Translations under genes and position numbers: made by a program
Origin: a virus
Lineage: Duplodnaviria > Caudoviricetes
Length of the DNA: 64,000 bases
Reading direction: 5' to 3' (one strand)
Virus record (IMG/VR): IMGVR_UViG_3300047375_000738
Part shown: piece after piece, positions 29,442 to 38,388 of the stretch
Position numbering within the stretch: position 1 is the first letter of the stretch
Layout: each line of letters starts with the position of its first letter
Notes under the pieces: model-generated
What the model saw: the letters and a program-made list of their open reading frames with translations, nothing else
What the model was told of the DNA's origin: nothing
Database searches by the model: none

Positions 29442-30474
29442 ACATAGCTAGTGTTTTTGCTTTAGGCACACACATACCACATCCGCATCGTTGTTTTGGA
29501 CATGTAATAATTGCGTCTTTGTTTTCGTAAGCATATGCAAGTATACCTTCAGGATTAGATAATCTTCCAATCGGTCCAACACGTTCAGTAAATGTCGCTT
29601 GGCACGTTTGGTGATGATATACTTTACCGGTGTGTTCATCAATGTGCAAGAAATAGTTGTTTACATCGCAATACCAACCGTTAAAGTTTGTATTTACTGC
29701 TTCTATTTTGTTCCAACATCCATTACAACTGCCCTGTATACTTCTAGCGCCACAACATCCTCTTGGTAGTTCATACCCTCCGGCAACTTTTTCTGCCAAA
29801 TCTAAAGGTAATCCTTTTTCTTTAAGATACCATTGTTGTTGCTCAGTTGTGTATGCATGACTTGTTCTGCGTTGGCTACCGTCAGTGTCAGTAAACCAAT
29901 CAGTAAAACCAACATTGCCATCGCCTATCATTGTGGGTTTGCTATCAATGCCAGCTGCTACAAGTCTTTCGTGTGCATCAATACATTCATTCCAGTGATC
30001 TGTATGCATCATTACATTTGCAGTAACCCACATGCCTGCTTCTTTAATTAATTGTGCATTTTTTAACATACGTTCTTTACTAAAATACGGACCTTCGGCG
30101 TGATAGCTTAGTGTAACGCCTACAAAGTTCTTTTTAATGAAGTCAATATGCTTTTCGTGGAATGTACCGTTGGTTGTCATACCAACTTGAAAGTCTGTTT
30201 CCTTGTTTATTTTTTCAACAAGATCCCAAAATTCAGGATTAACAGTTGGCTCACCGCCAGTAAAGCCAATATTTGCATTTGGCTGATTGTATAACATTGT
30301 ATAATCTTGAATAAATTTTAGTGTATGTTCTAAATTATGTTTTGGAGTAGGTGGACTTACTGTGTCGTGTCTTGTGCTTTCGCAATACGTACAATCAAAG
30401 TTACAACGTCTTCCAATATCCCATGTTATCATCATAGGTTCTGGATTAGTTAATTTTATTGCGTTTACTTCCAT
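29413..30474 (-). CDS. Radical SAM protein, C-terminal SPASM/twitch-like, paralog of 25517..26551
   Basis: CNFDCTYC, TGGEP, CCGA..C..C, GWYC..C..CPKQRCGCGMC. Start reassigned to ATG 30474. Confidence 0.88.
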   Translation of the reverse strand: MEVNAIKLTNPEPMMITWDIGRRCNFDCTYCESTRHDTVSPPTPKHNLEHTLKFIQDYTMLYNQPNANIGFTGGEPTVNPEFWDLVEKINKETDFQVGMTTNGTFHEKHIDFIKKNFVGVTLSYHAEGPYFSKERMLKNAQLIKEAGMWVTANVMMHTDHWNECIDAHERLVAAGIDSKPTMIGDGNVGFTDWFTDTDGSQRRTSHAYTTEQQQWYLKEKGLPLDLAEKVAGGYELPRGCCGARSIQGSCNGCWNKIEAVNTNFNGWYCDVNNYFLHIDEHTGKVYHHQTCQATFTERVGPIGRLSNPEGILAYAYENKDAIITCPKQRCGCGMCVPKAKTLAMFKKIAAEGF

Positions 30475-31361
30475 TTCGTTATATTTACATCCGCTGCACA
30501 AGTACACCAATCTCTTGAACAAATTACTGCTACTTCGGGTCTTTCAAATGTATCTTTGTATATATTACCTAAACTACCGCCTACTCTACACGTAGCACGA
30601 TGTACATCTCCGTCCCAATTAATCATTAAACTTTCAATTCCTGCTTTACATTGCCATCCTTTAAACATATTTAATTTGTTTTTAAGTAAGTCATTTGTAT
30701 GTACTAAATCTTTACTATCAACAAGTGTGTTTGCTTTTGCTGTAGTTTGCACACTTTTAATCCACTCAAGGTCTTCTAGGTTATAGCGCATATCGTCAAA
30801 CCAGTCATGTCGTTCTGTCCAGCGTATACGTCTGAGACTAAATGGAATATTGTGTTCGATTAAAATTCTAGTTGCAAGTTTCACTTCATCCATGTAATCG
30901 TGGTGTGCCATAACCATAACATGGTAGTCTTTTGGGTGTTTACCACCACCTAATGTTCCTGCTAGAATTCTAATTGTTTCAACACGGTCATACCATTGCT
31001 TATCCTCAAAGTGTAAACTAAGTACAAGATAATTAACATCTAAATCTTGATAATATTCTGGCTTTCTTGTAATGTTTGTAGTTACACTCAACCAGTTTAT
31101 TTTAGGTCTAGCATAATTTACTAGTTCTTCAAACTGTGGGTGTACACACGGCTCGCCACCTGTGAAACTTATACGTACATTTTCAATTTCTGCAAGTGTA
31201 TCAACCGTTTTATACAGTGTTGATAAGTCTTTGTGACTGCTAAAATTGTCGTGTATTTCCGCAGGACAATATGTGCAATCTAAATTGCAACGCTTGCCTA
31301 AGTTCCACTCAACTTTAACACTATCTCTATAGTGCGGCCATCTATTTTCTACGCTAAACAT
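30465..31361 (-). CDS. Radical SAM protein, C-terminal SPASM/twitch-like
   Basis: CNLDCTYC, TGGEP, GWQCKAG..C..ICSRDWCTCAAD. Confidence 0.9.
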   Translation of the reverse strand: MFSVENRWPHYRDSVKVEWNLGKRCNLDCTYCPAEIHDNFSSHKDLSTLYKTVDTLAEIENVRISFTGGEPCVHPQFEELVNYARPKINWLSVTTNITRKPEYYQDLDVNYLVLSLHFEDKQWYDRVETIRILAGTLGGGKHPKDYHVMVMAHHDYMDEVKLATRILIEHNIPFSLRRIRWTERHDWFDDMRYNLEDLEWIKSVQTTAKANTLVDSKDLVHTNDLLKNKLNMFKGWQCKAGIESLMINWDGDVHRATCRVGGSLGNIYKDTFERPEVAVICSRDWCTCAADVNITKWK

Positions 31362-32599
31362 ACTTTTTCAAAAGGTCCTTGGCTGCGACTATTGTCTAGT
31401 CTGCGATTAAATGCAAGTGTATCATTCCATTTATCGCTTAAATCTTGTGCCTTTAAAAAATTAATGTTGTCTTGGATTTGTTGTATTGTCATTGGTAATA
31501 ATTGCGGATGCATAGACATGCATGACCAGTGTTCTACTATTGTTAGTAATTCTTCTAATTGTTGAATTACTTTATATTTATATTCTGTTGGCATGCATTG
31601 CGCACTTAGTACATTTGGATAGTTTACTCTATGCGAATAAAATACAATACCCATATTATTTAAGAAATAGTCAATAATTTTTGGTAATTGCATAACATTA
31701 CCTACTTGTACTGTACATGCACCTACAACATAATCTACATTTTTAAAACTTTGGAATACTTTTACATTTTCTTCTACTTCAGCAAAGTTGCCATTTCCTC
31801 TAATATAACTATAAACATCATGTAACCCATCAATGCTTACGTTTACACTAACTTTTTTAAACTTAGGCCAATAGTCGTGTATTGTCCTACCGCCCTTTAT
31901 ACCCGTCACTGTGCCGTTTGTAGCGTACTTTATTTCTATGTTGTCTCCGTATGGTGCTAACATATCTAATATTCGGTAATGAGTAGGATCCATCAACGGT
32001 TCACCACCTGCAAATTCAACTCTACGAAAGTAAGGTAGCAGTTTTTCTAAGTTTGACCAAAAGTTTTGGTCTTTTTCAAAGATGCCTATATAAGGGGCTT
32101 TGGTAAGTCCTAGTCCTCTTACAGCATCTACTAGATAGTTGCCTTCTTCTTTGTAAAACTCTTCAACTTCTTCCCAATCTTTCCATTGTGTACTATCTAA
32201 AGGATTGCACATGCGACATTTAAGATTACATAAGTTATTAATTTTAATTTCTATAGTTGGCAACTCAAAAGGCATTGTAAAATCGTCATTAAGAGTGTCC
32301 AACGCATTTGGATATAGATTTATTCTACTTTCAGGAAAGCTATCACGTATATGACGTTGACGTAAACTTTCAACGCCTTGTGCTTCTAAGTCAAAACACG
32401 GTACACATTCAGCAGGCATTTCGTTGTTTAGTACCTGCTGACGTACTCTACGCATGTTTTCATTGTTCCATGCACTTTCTAAGCTCTCATTTTGTATCCA
32501 TCCAATAGGTTGGCTACGGCAACACACTTTAATTGCACCATCTTCTCTAGTTGCTAGTCCTGTAAACGGGTGCATACAAAATGTTTTACTTGATTGCAT
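31349..32599 (-). CDS. Radical SAM protein with N-terminal twitch domain
   Basis: Start reassigned to ATG 32599 (MQSSKTFC). FCMHPF..VCC..CVPC, CNLKCRMC, AGGEP. Confidence 0.9.
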   Translation of the reverse strand: MQSSKTFCMHPFTGLATREDGAIKVCCRSQPIGWIQNESLESAWNNENMRRVRQQVLNNEMPAECVPCFDLEAQGVESLRQRHIRDSFPESRINLYPNALDTLNDDFTMPFELPTIEIKINNLCNLKCRMCNPLDSTQWKDWEEVEEFYKEEGNYLVDAVRGLGLTKAPYIGIFEKDQNFWSNLEKLLPYFRRVEFAGGEPLMDPTHYRILDMLAPYGDNIEIKYATNGTVTGIKGGRTIHDYWPKFKKVSVNVSIDGLHDVYSYIRGNGNFAEVEENVKVFQSFKNVDYVVGACTVQVGNVMQLPKIIDYFLNNMGIVFYSHRVNYPNVLSAQCMPTEYKYKVIQQLEELLTIVEHWSCMSMHPQLLPMTIQQIQDNINFLKAQDLSDKWNDTLAFNRRLDNSRSQGPFEKVCLA

Positions 32600-33281
32600 T
32601 TTGTATACCCCATTCACGTTCTTTACACCAAAAACATTTGCCACAAACTGGAACTTTCTCATATGGTGTGTATGTAGTATAGTCAATGCCTTCAAACTCG
32701 CCTTCGCAACTGCGTGTAATTTCTAAAAGTTCGCCTATGTTGTTATCTACATATTGTTTTATAATCCAGTCTTTGCGAACATTGGTAAAAGGATGACATA
32801 TAGATGCACCCATGTGTTTCATTTCAATTGGTAAACGTGCAGTTTCTCTATCATCAAGTTTGCCATCAAATTTTTCAGTTGGATTTAGTGTAACACCAGC
32901 ATACCATGCATCAAGTTTATACAAATGACCAATGTATTCGTTGTGTGAACGCAGTATAACACGATTGCCGGACTTCATTGATCCGTATTCATCTTTAATT
33001 AAGTACTCGGTTGGCTCTTCCATCTCTGGAGGTATAAATCCTTCAATGTGTTCTATACGATTATTAAATTTTTCTCGAAACCAACCAACAACATCCTTAG
33101 CAATCCATCGTTGCCACGGTCTAGTTTTCCACATACGTACTTGTGTTGTAAAATATATATCAGCATTTGTATTACTCAAGACAAGATATGCTAGTAGAGC
33201 GCTATCAGCACCGCCACTTAGACTAATACCTATTCTTTTCCATTCTTGTTCTAAAGGAATGTAAACATTATCGATCTTCAT
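32586..33281 (-). CDS. QueC-like PP-loop ATP pyrophosphatase (adenine nucleotide alpha hydrolase superfamily)
   Basis: ISLSGGADS PP-loop and TRSC...CGKCFWCKER Zn site. Orthology to true QueC is not shown. Confidence 0.7.
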   Translation of the reverse strand: MKIDNVYIPLEQEWKRIGISLSGGADSALLAYLVLSNTNADIYFTTQVRMWKTRPWQRWIAKDVVGWFREKFNNRIEHIEGFIPPEMEEPTEYLIKDEYGSMKSGNRVILRSHNEYIGHLYKLDAWYAGVTLNPTEKFDGKLDDRETARLPIEMKHMGASICHPFTNVRKDWIIKQYVDNNIGELLEITRSCEGEFEGIDYTTYTPYEKVPVCGKCFWCKEREWGIQNAIK

Positions 33282-33286
33282 GCTGT

Positions 33287-33314
33287 ATTATAACACATTT
33301 TAGTAATGTGTCAA
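33287..33314 (-). promoter_or_regulatory. Sigma70 promoter, extended -10, leaderless
   Basis: TTGACA, 16 nt, TGn-TATAAT, then 5 nt to ATG 33281. Confidence 0.7.
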
Positions 33315-34106
33315 GTGTCCTATGCCAATACGCTCTTTGAACTCTTTTGTAAATTTACAATCAATACGTAACCCGTATTCTTGTTCCATACTAAATTCTC
33401 CACCATGCCAATCTTGATCATTAAAAAAACATGCATGACTGTTTATGTAGTGTTTGCGTTTATGTTCTGGATCCCACACATAGAATCCACGTTTTGTATT
33501 AGGACGAATATGTATAAATTCGATATTATGATCTGTGTAATCTTGTGTATCAGCATCGAGATCTCTATGTTCAAAAGGCTTACTACTTCCAGAACTTACA
33601 AAAAATATTACCCGGCCTGTGTATTCAACTATACCGTCGTCTTTTAATTTATTAACCCATTGCATTACATTAGGAAAGTATGCCGACTCTGGAGTTGCAT
33701 CTCTTTCTTCGTTTGCACGGTCTTTCATATTTGTGCCTTCTTCTTTTAGTACATAATAAATGTAAGGATCGTATGCACCTAATGTGGTTGTTAGATAACG
33801 CACAAATATATTACGTTGTTTATAATCATTAAAGTCTTTAGGAAATATTTTATCACCTTCGATGCGTATTGGATCATTAGCTTCTAATTGCTGGTATTCT
33901 TCAAATGCTTGATATACAGGCTTCCAGTTTGCAATATAGCTCATATCGTCAAAGTTAAATCCTGGCTTCATCCAAGTACCTTCTTTGGCAAACTCACGTG
34001 CTTGTGCCATTCCGCTTGCAATCTCGGCGTGTAGATTTTGAAATCCAGTAATATCTAAAAATGGATCTAAATTAATATACGGTAAGTTTTCGAATCCTCT
34101 TATCAT
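33300..34106 (-). CDS. Divergent 2OG-Fe(II)/cupin oxygenase-like protein
   Basis: GRVIFF..FEHRD (HxD)..FFNDQDWHGG..LRID. Confidence 0.55.
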   Translation of the reverse strand: MIRGFENLPYINLDPFLDITGFQNLHAEIASGMAQAREFAKEGTWMKPGFNFDDMSYIANWKPVYQAFEEYQQLEANDPIRIEGDKIFPKDFNDYKQRNIFVRYLTTTLGAYDPYIYYVLKEEGTNMKDRANEERDATPESAYFPNVMQWVNKLKDDGIVEYTGRVIFFVSSGSSKPFEHRDLDADTQDYTDHNIEFIHIRPNTKRGFYVWDPEHKRKHYINSHACFFNDQDWHGGEFSMEQEYGLRIDCKFTKEFKERIGIGHLTHY

Positions 34107-34122
34107 ACAATTACTTATCTAG

Positions 34123-34128
34123 TAAATA
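34123..34128 (+). promoter_or_regulatory. TAAATA box 4 nt before ATG
   Basis: TAAATA-CAGT-ATG(34133). The opposite strand has TAAGTA-N5-ATG(34106). Confidence 0.5.
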
Positions 34129-34132
34129 CAGT

Positions 34133-34789
34133 ATGATTACTAACACTGAATTCACAACAACTCCTGCTAAACTTTCAGAAGCTCTTATGATGTGTCAATC
34201 CATGACTGGCAAAAGTGTACTTAACAAGCCGACCAACGATTTCTTTTATGACACTTGGGAAATACTACCAGAGTATAAAGGTACAGTATTTGACGAATTA
34301 CTTGCACCGTTAGAGAATATCGGCGAAGCAAGGATTATAAAACAAGAGTCGGGAACATGTTATTTTGCACACACTGATGTTGATAATCGTTATCATTTAA
34401 ACATCAGCGGCGATTGTGCTTCATTAATTGATTTAGATGCAAACAAAATGTATCCTCTTAAAGCTGATGGCAAATACTATTCAATGTATGCTGGCAAAAG
34501 TCATAGTGCTGCTAACTTTGGACAGTATCCTCGATACCAATTAGTAGTTAGGCAGTTATTAACACGATCTCTATGGGTGTATAAAGATATCTCAATATAC
34601 CCTGGAGGTGAAAATCCTCGTTATATGTTTGATAAATTTATTAGTCCAATACTAAATCAAATGGATTATCGTAACGTGATGAATAACTTTGAAGTATTAG
34701 AAACAGGTGTACGACTTACAACAAATCAACACTGGGCAAAATCAATTAAAGACATTTTGCCTATTGGATTTAAGATAGTCGAGCACTAA
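34133..34789 (+). CDS. AspH-like 2OG-Fe(II) oxygenase with C-terminal extension
   Basis: ARIIKQESGTCYFAHTD..RYHL..HSAANFG..RYQL. Confidence 0.7.
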   Translation: MITNTEFTTTPAKLSEALMMCQSMTGKSVLNKPTNDFFYDTWEILPEYKGTVFDELLAPLENIGEARIIKQESGTCYFAHTDVDNRYHLNISGDCASLIDLDANKMYPLKADGKYYSMYAGKSHSAANFGQYPRYQLVVRQLLTRSLWVYKDISIYPGGENPRYMFDKFISPILNQMDYRNVMNNFEVLETGVRLTTNQHWAKSIKDILPIGFKIVEH

Positions 34790-36157
34790 TTGTTTTTCTT
34801 CTTTGGAACTATTATTTCCGTATTTGTCTAAGTTACAATCCCACCCAATTGCTAAATGTGCCCACATATAATCAGGAAATAATGTTTTCCAATTTGAACT
34901 TTTCATGAACGTATTGTTCTTATATTTTTTATATACTAGGTCTTCGTGATTATTTTTTATGCCTAAGTTACGCATATCTTTCCAAAACTTGCCATTTCCT
35001 TTTTTACAAAGTGTATAATGGGCAAGAATAAAAAATGCTGCATCATCAAAACATTGTGGAATAATATTGTCAAATAACTTATCATTTTGAAAATTTATTG
35101 TATCTACAGCTCTATAAATTGTAGCAAGTGTTAAATACAATGCATTAGCTTCCATAGGTTCAATAAATCCTGCTGCTAATCCTATTGCAAAAACATTACC
35201 TGATCTAGGATTTTTCATTCTGGCAGGTGTCCACTTTAAAACTCTTGGTTCTAGTAAATTGTCTTTCTCGTTTTGTAGTAAATAATTCTTTACTTCTTCG
35301 TCTGTAAAATATTCATCACTAAATGTAATTCCTGTTCCAGTCCTATGTTGTAATGCAATTTTGAATTGCCATCCAAACTCGTTGCGTATTGTTCTTGTAA
35401 AAACTTTTTCATTTTTGTTTTTAATAGGCATAACTATAGTGGTATTAGGTTTATTGTCTTTATACAAAGCAAGTTCGTCCGAAACACTGTTTATCAATAG
35501 TCTTGAAAATCCTGTGCAATCTAGCCAGTAATCGCTTTCTATTTCTGCACCATCTACTGTAACACTTTTAATACCATTGCTGCTACATGTAACGTTTGAA
35601 ACTTTACCTTCGATAAAGTTTATACCTAAGGGCACAGATATATTATTAATTACCCAGTTTGCCATTTCGTTAGCATCTATATGATGCGATAATACATATG
35701 ACTGTTTTGTTGATTTTGGTATTTGATTTTGCAAAACTGAGTCATACAACTCATAGTAAGTTTCTTGGAAACTATTTACATCTTTATCTTTATATAAATC
35801 AATACAAACATCTAAGTAGTTAGGTTTTCTACAATCTAAATATGTATTTAAATCGTAACTATACAACTTGTCTATTGGTTTATTAAGTGTAAACCCAAAG
35901 TGCTGATCTTCGTCGGCCCAATTCTCAAAACAGTTTGTTAATTTTGTTGTACAATTTACATTTTTTATCCATTTTGATTGATCAACGCCAAACTGTTCTA
36001 AAAACGCCCATATATGTGGAGTAACACTTTCGCCGACACCAATTGTTGGAATATTTTTGCTATAAATTTGTACAACTTCTGCATCAGGAAAATTTTTCTT
36101 AGCCCAAGCACCAGCAAACGCACCTGCTGTTCCTGCACCTACTACTGTAATTTTCAT
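34742..36157 (-). CDS. Tryptophan-halogenase-family flavoprotein
   Basis: GAGTAG, IGVGES, TTKL..F.NW (catalytic-Lys region), DCTGF, GWQFKIA, GFIEPMEANA. Confidence 0.85.
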   Translation of the reverse strand: MKITVVGAGTAGAFAGAWAKKNFPDAEVVQIYSKNIPTIGVGESVTPHIWAFLEQFGVDQSKWIKNVNCTTKLTNCFENWADEDQHFGFTLNKPIDKLYSYDLNTYLDCRKPNYLDVCIDLYKDKDVNSFQETYYELYDSVLQNQIPKSTKQSYVLSHHIDANEMANWVINNISVPLGINFIEGKVSNVTCSSNGIKSVTVDGAEIESDYWLDCTGFSRLLINSVSDELALYKDNKPNTTIVMPIKNKNEKVFTRTIRNEFGWQFKIALQHRTGTGITFSDEYFTDEEVKNYLLQNEKDNLLEPRVLKWTPARMKNPRSGNVFAIGLAAGFIEPMEANALYLTLATIYRAVDTINFQNDKLFDNIIPQCFDDAAFFILAHYTLCKKGNGKFWKDMRNLGIKNNHEDLVYKKYKNNTFMKSSNWKTLFPDYMWAHLAIGWDCNLDKYGNNSSKEEKQLVLDYLKSNRQNVFN

Positions 36158-37122
36158 ATTGTTTGCGTCCTATCAATTTTACGCAGGTTATTATCTACTT
36201 TGATTTCTTTAACTTGTTTCATTACAGCAGAATGAGACAATTGATCTAAAACGTTTTGTTCGTCAATTGTGCCTGTGTAGTAAATTATACATTTGTCATT
36301 AACATTCCGACAAAGTGCAAGATCGGCACCTGCCTTTACAGTTATCATTTCCACTTGTTCTGGGTATACTCTAACTCCACACTCGCCTAACTTGAACATA
36401 TTTAGTTTACGTCCTACAAGTTTATATCCATCGTCTGTTTCTTCAACTAAATCTCCGCTTTGCCACCAATCGCCTTGTATTTTCCAACGTGCATGTATTT
36501 CGTTATCAACAATTTTAACATCAACATTAGGATTACCTTCTAGTGTATATGTGTTTGGTATTTCGCTCATTAGCACGTTTGGCGGAACTTCGGTTGCACC
36601 ATAAACATTGTAAACTTTTTGTGCACCTTTGTTGCGTAAATCCTCTAAGCACCCAACAGCAGTGTAGTCACTGCCTATAATACACTGCTCATAGCTACTT
36701 AGGTCCAAGTCATTCCAACGTCGATGCTTGTGTAATACTCTCCACATATTAGGAAGTATCAAACCGTGTGTAGGACGTATCTCATGCACCCTGTCTACAA
36801 ACCTTGGACCAACTTCGGTTTCTATGTAAAGCTCACTGTTAGCTAATAAACAAGGATACAAACTCATTACGGTAAATGCAATACCTCTTGTGCTGTAAAG
36901 ACTGAGCATCTTACTAGATTCTTTTAAACCAAACCACTCTGCATTAAATTCGCTAATGTGTCTTGTGACTTCCTTACTATGTGTGACGCTACGTGGATAT
37001 CCTGTAGTGCCGCTAGTGTTTACAGTAACTTCCCATTCTTCAATTTTGTCAATTACATGAGAACGCATTATATCATTGTCGCTTTCAGTATACAGAATAC
37101 CGTCAATAAAAATTTTATACAT
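36154..37122 (-). CDS. Compact adenylate-forming (ANL/acyl-CoA ligase-like) enzyme
   Basis: TSGTTGYP P-loop, YGATE, SGDL, GRK..K...RVYP..VE, C-terminal RKIDR Lys. 322 aa. Confidence 0.8.
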   Translation of the reverse strand: MYKIFIDGILYTESDNDIMRSHVIDKIEEWEVTVNTSGTTGYPRSVTHSKEVTRHISEFNAEWFGLKESSKMLSLYSTRGIAFTVMSLYPCLLANSELYIETEVGPRFVDRVHEIRPTHGLILPNMWRVLHKHRRWNDLDLSSYEQCIIGSDYTAVGCLEDLRNKGAQKVYNVYGATEVPPNVLMSEIPNTYTLEGNPNVDVKIVDNEIHARWKIQGDWWQSGDLVEETDDGYKLVGRKLNMFKLGECGVRVYPEQVEMITVKAGADLALCRNVNDKCIIYYTGTIDEQNVLDQLSHSAVMKQVKEIKVDNNLRKIDRTQTI

Positions 37123-37715
37123 TACATATCCTCCGCTAAAAATTCAGCTTCTTTCCAAAGATTGTTTTTCCAATTTTGTAAATAAAATTCTGTATTTAAT
37201 TTCCAAAAATCTTGAAAGTTGTTTCTATAATCTAATTCAATGGGATCTTCTAAATATCCTAGTTTGTTCATAATAGTTGCCCAAGTCCTATGAACTTTAA
37301 TTTGTGCACCTGCTTCATTGTCGTTAGTGCTTATATATAATGGCTTATCAGAACCACAATATTTAATACAAATTGGTAGTAAAAATTGACTAGTATAATG
37401 ATTCATAGGAGCACGCCTATAATTTTGCACTAACAATGCTTTAGGACCATCTATTAAATGGCTCAACATACATGTTCGTACGCCAATGCGATAAGCATTA
37501 TCACCTAATATGTTTAGTTCTTCAAGACTATGTAAACATACACTTCCTACTACATCCTTATTCCAATATAGAAGATATGTTTTATAATCATTTAAATGTT
37601 TCATATTATCATGTAACACTTTTTGATTACAGTTGTTGTAGTACCCTCTTTCTTTGGCATTGTTATAAAAACTTGTTAAGTCGAGATCTTCTGAAAACTC
37701 CTTAATACTAAACAT
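37122..37715 (-). CDS. GNAT-like acyltransferase (tentative)
   Basis: LLYWNKDVVGSVCLH..YRIGVRTC beta-strand pattern. Start reassigned to ATG 37715. Confidence 0.4.
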   Translation of the reverse strand: MFSIKEFSEDLDLTSFYNNAKERGYYNNCNQKVLHDNMKHLNDYKTYLLYWNKDVVGSVCLHSLEELNILGDNAYRIGVRTCMLSHLIDGPKALLVQNYRRAPMNHYTSQFLLPICIKYCGSDKPLYISTNDNEAGAQIKVHRTWATIMNKLGYLEDPIELDYRNNFQDFWKLNTEFYLQNWKNNLWKEAEFLAEDM

Positions 37716-38388
37716 ATATTTCTTTAGCCCTTTCAATAAAGCTATCTGGGTAGTTTGATTTAAAACTTTCTAAGCAAATTTGTGCATACGTACTCCAAGG
37801 TGCGCTATCTGTTACTTTTATATTCTTAGCATCTAAATATTTTAGTAGTTTGTCTTTTCGGTCATTGCTTATATGATCTAAAACTTCAGTAATTGCTACA
37901 TGTTCTTCGTTGTCGTTATAGCAGAAAAAATGATTAATATTTTTTAGTTTACCGTCTACAACAAAAAAGCTACTTGGATGTAAGCTATATTTCCATATAC
38001 CTGCACGTCTGTAATTTTTTAAGATACTAATTATTTGATCCTGCCAACCAGGCAAAATGTTATTATAGTTTTCTTGATTACAGTTTGCTAGTTGCCAAAA
38101 GTCATCTCCTTCGATATTAAAAATAATCTCTCTAGTATCCATGTCAATGTGCTGTATTTCTAAAACATGTTCAGGAAAAGATTTAAGCATTTGTTTGGTA
38201 AATTTTATTTCTCTTTGCCATCTTGTCTCGAGTGCATCTTCAGATAAACATTTGTTCATATGATACATTTGATCATACTTATAGTGTACACTAAAAAGTT
38301 TGTTTTGTCTATCTATTTTACTAGTGTATACTAAATTATTTCTACACAAGCCAACACCTGGCACATGATTATAATAGTATTCAAACAT
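37708..38388 (-). CDS. Protein-kinase-like fold protein with altered catalytic motifs (tentative pseudokinase)
   Basis: REIKF helix and KYSLHPSSFFVVDGKLKNIN, resembling HxDLHPxN...ID. Confidence 0.4.
   Translation of the reverse strand: MFEYYYNHVPGVGLCRNNLVYTSKIDRQNKLFSVHYKYDQMYHMNKCLSEDALETRWQREIKFTKQMLKSFPEHVLEIQHIDMDTREIIFNIEGDDFWQLANCNQENYNNILPGWQDQIISILKNYRRAGIWKYSLHPSSFFVVDGKLKNINHFFCYNDNEEHVAITEVLDHISNDRKDKLLKYLDAKNIKVTDSAPWSTYAQICLESFKSNYPDSFIERAKEIYV

Noticed and set aside
30465-31361. Calling short rSAM genes queE, moaA, nrdG or pqqE
   Set aside because: Partner genes and family-specific motifs are absent, and they belong to a six-member local paralog set. No gene symbol is justified.
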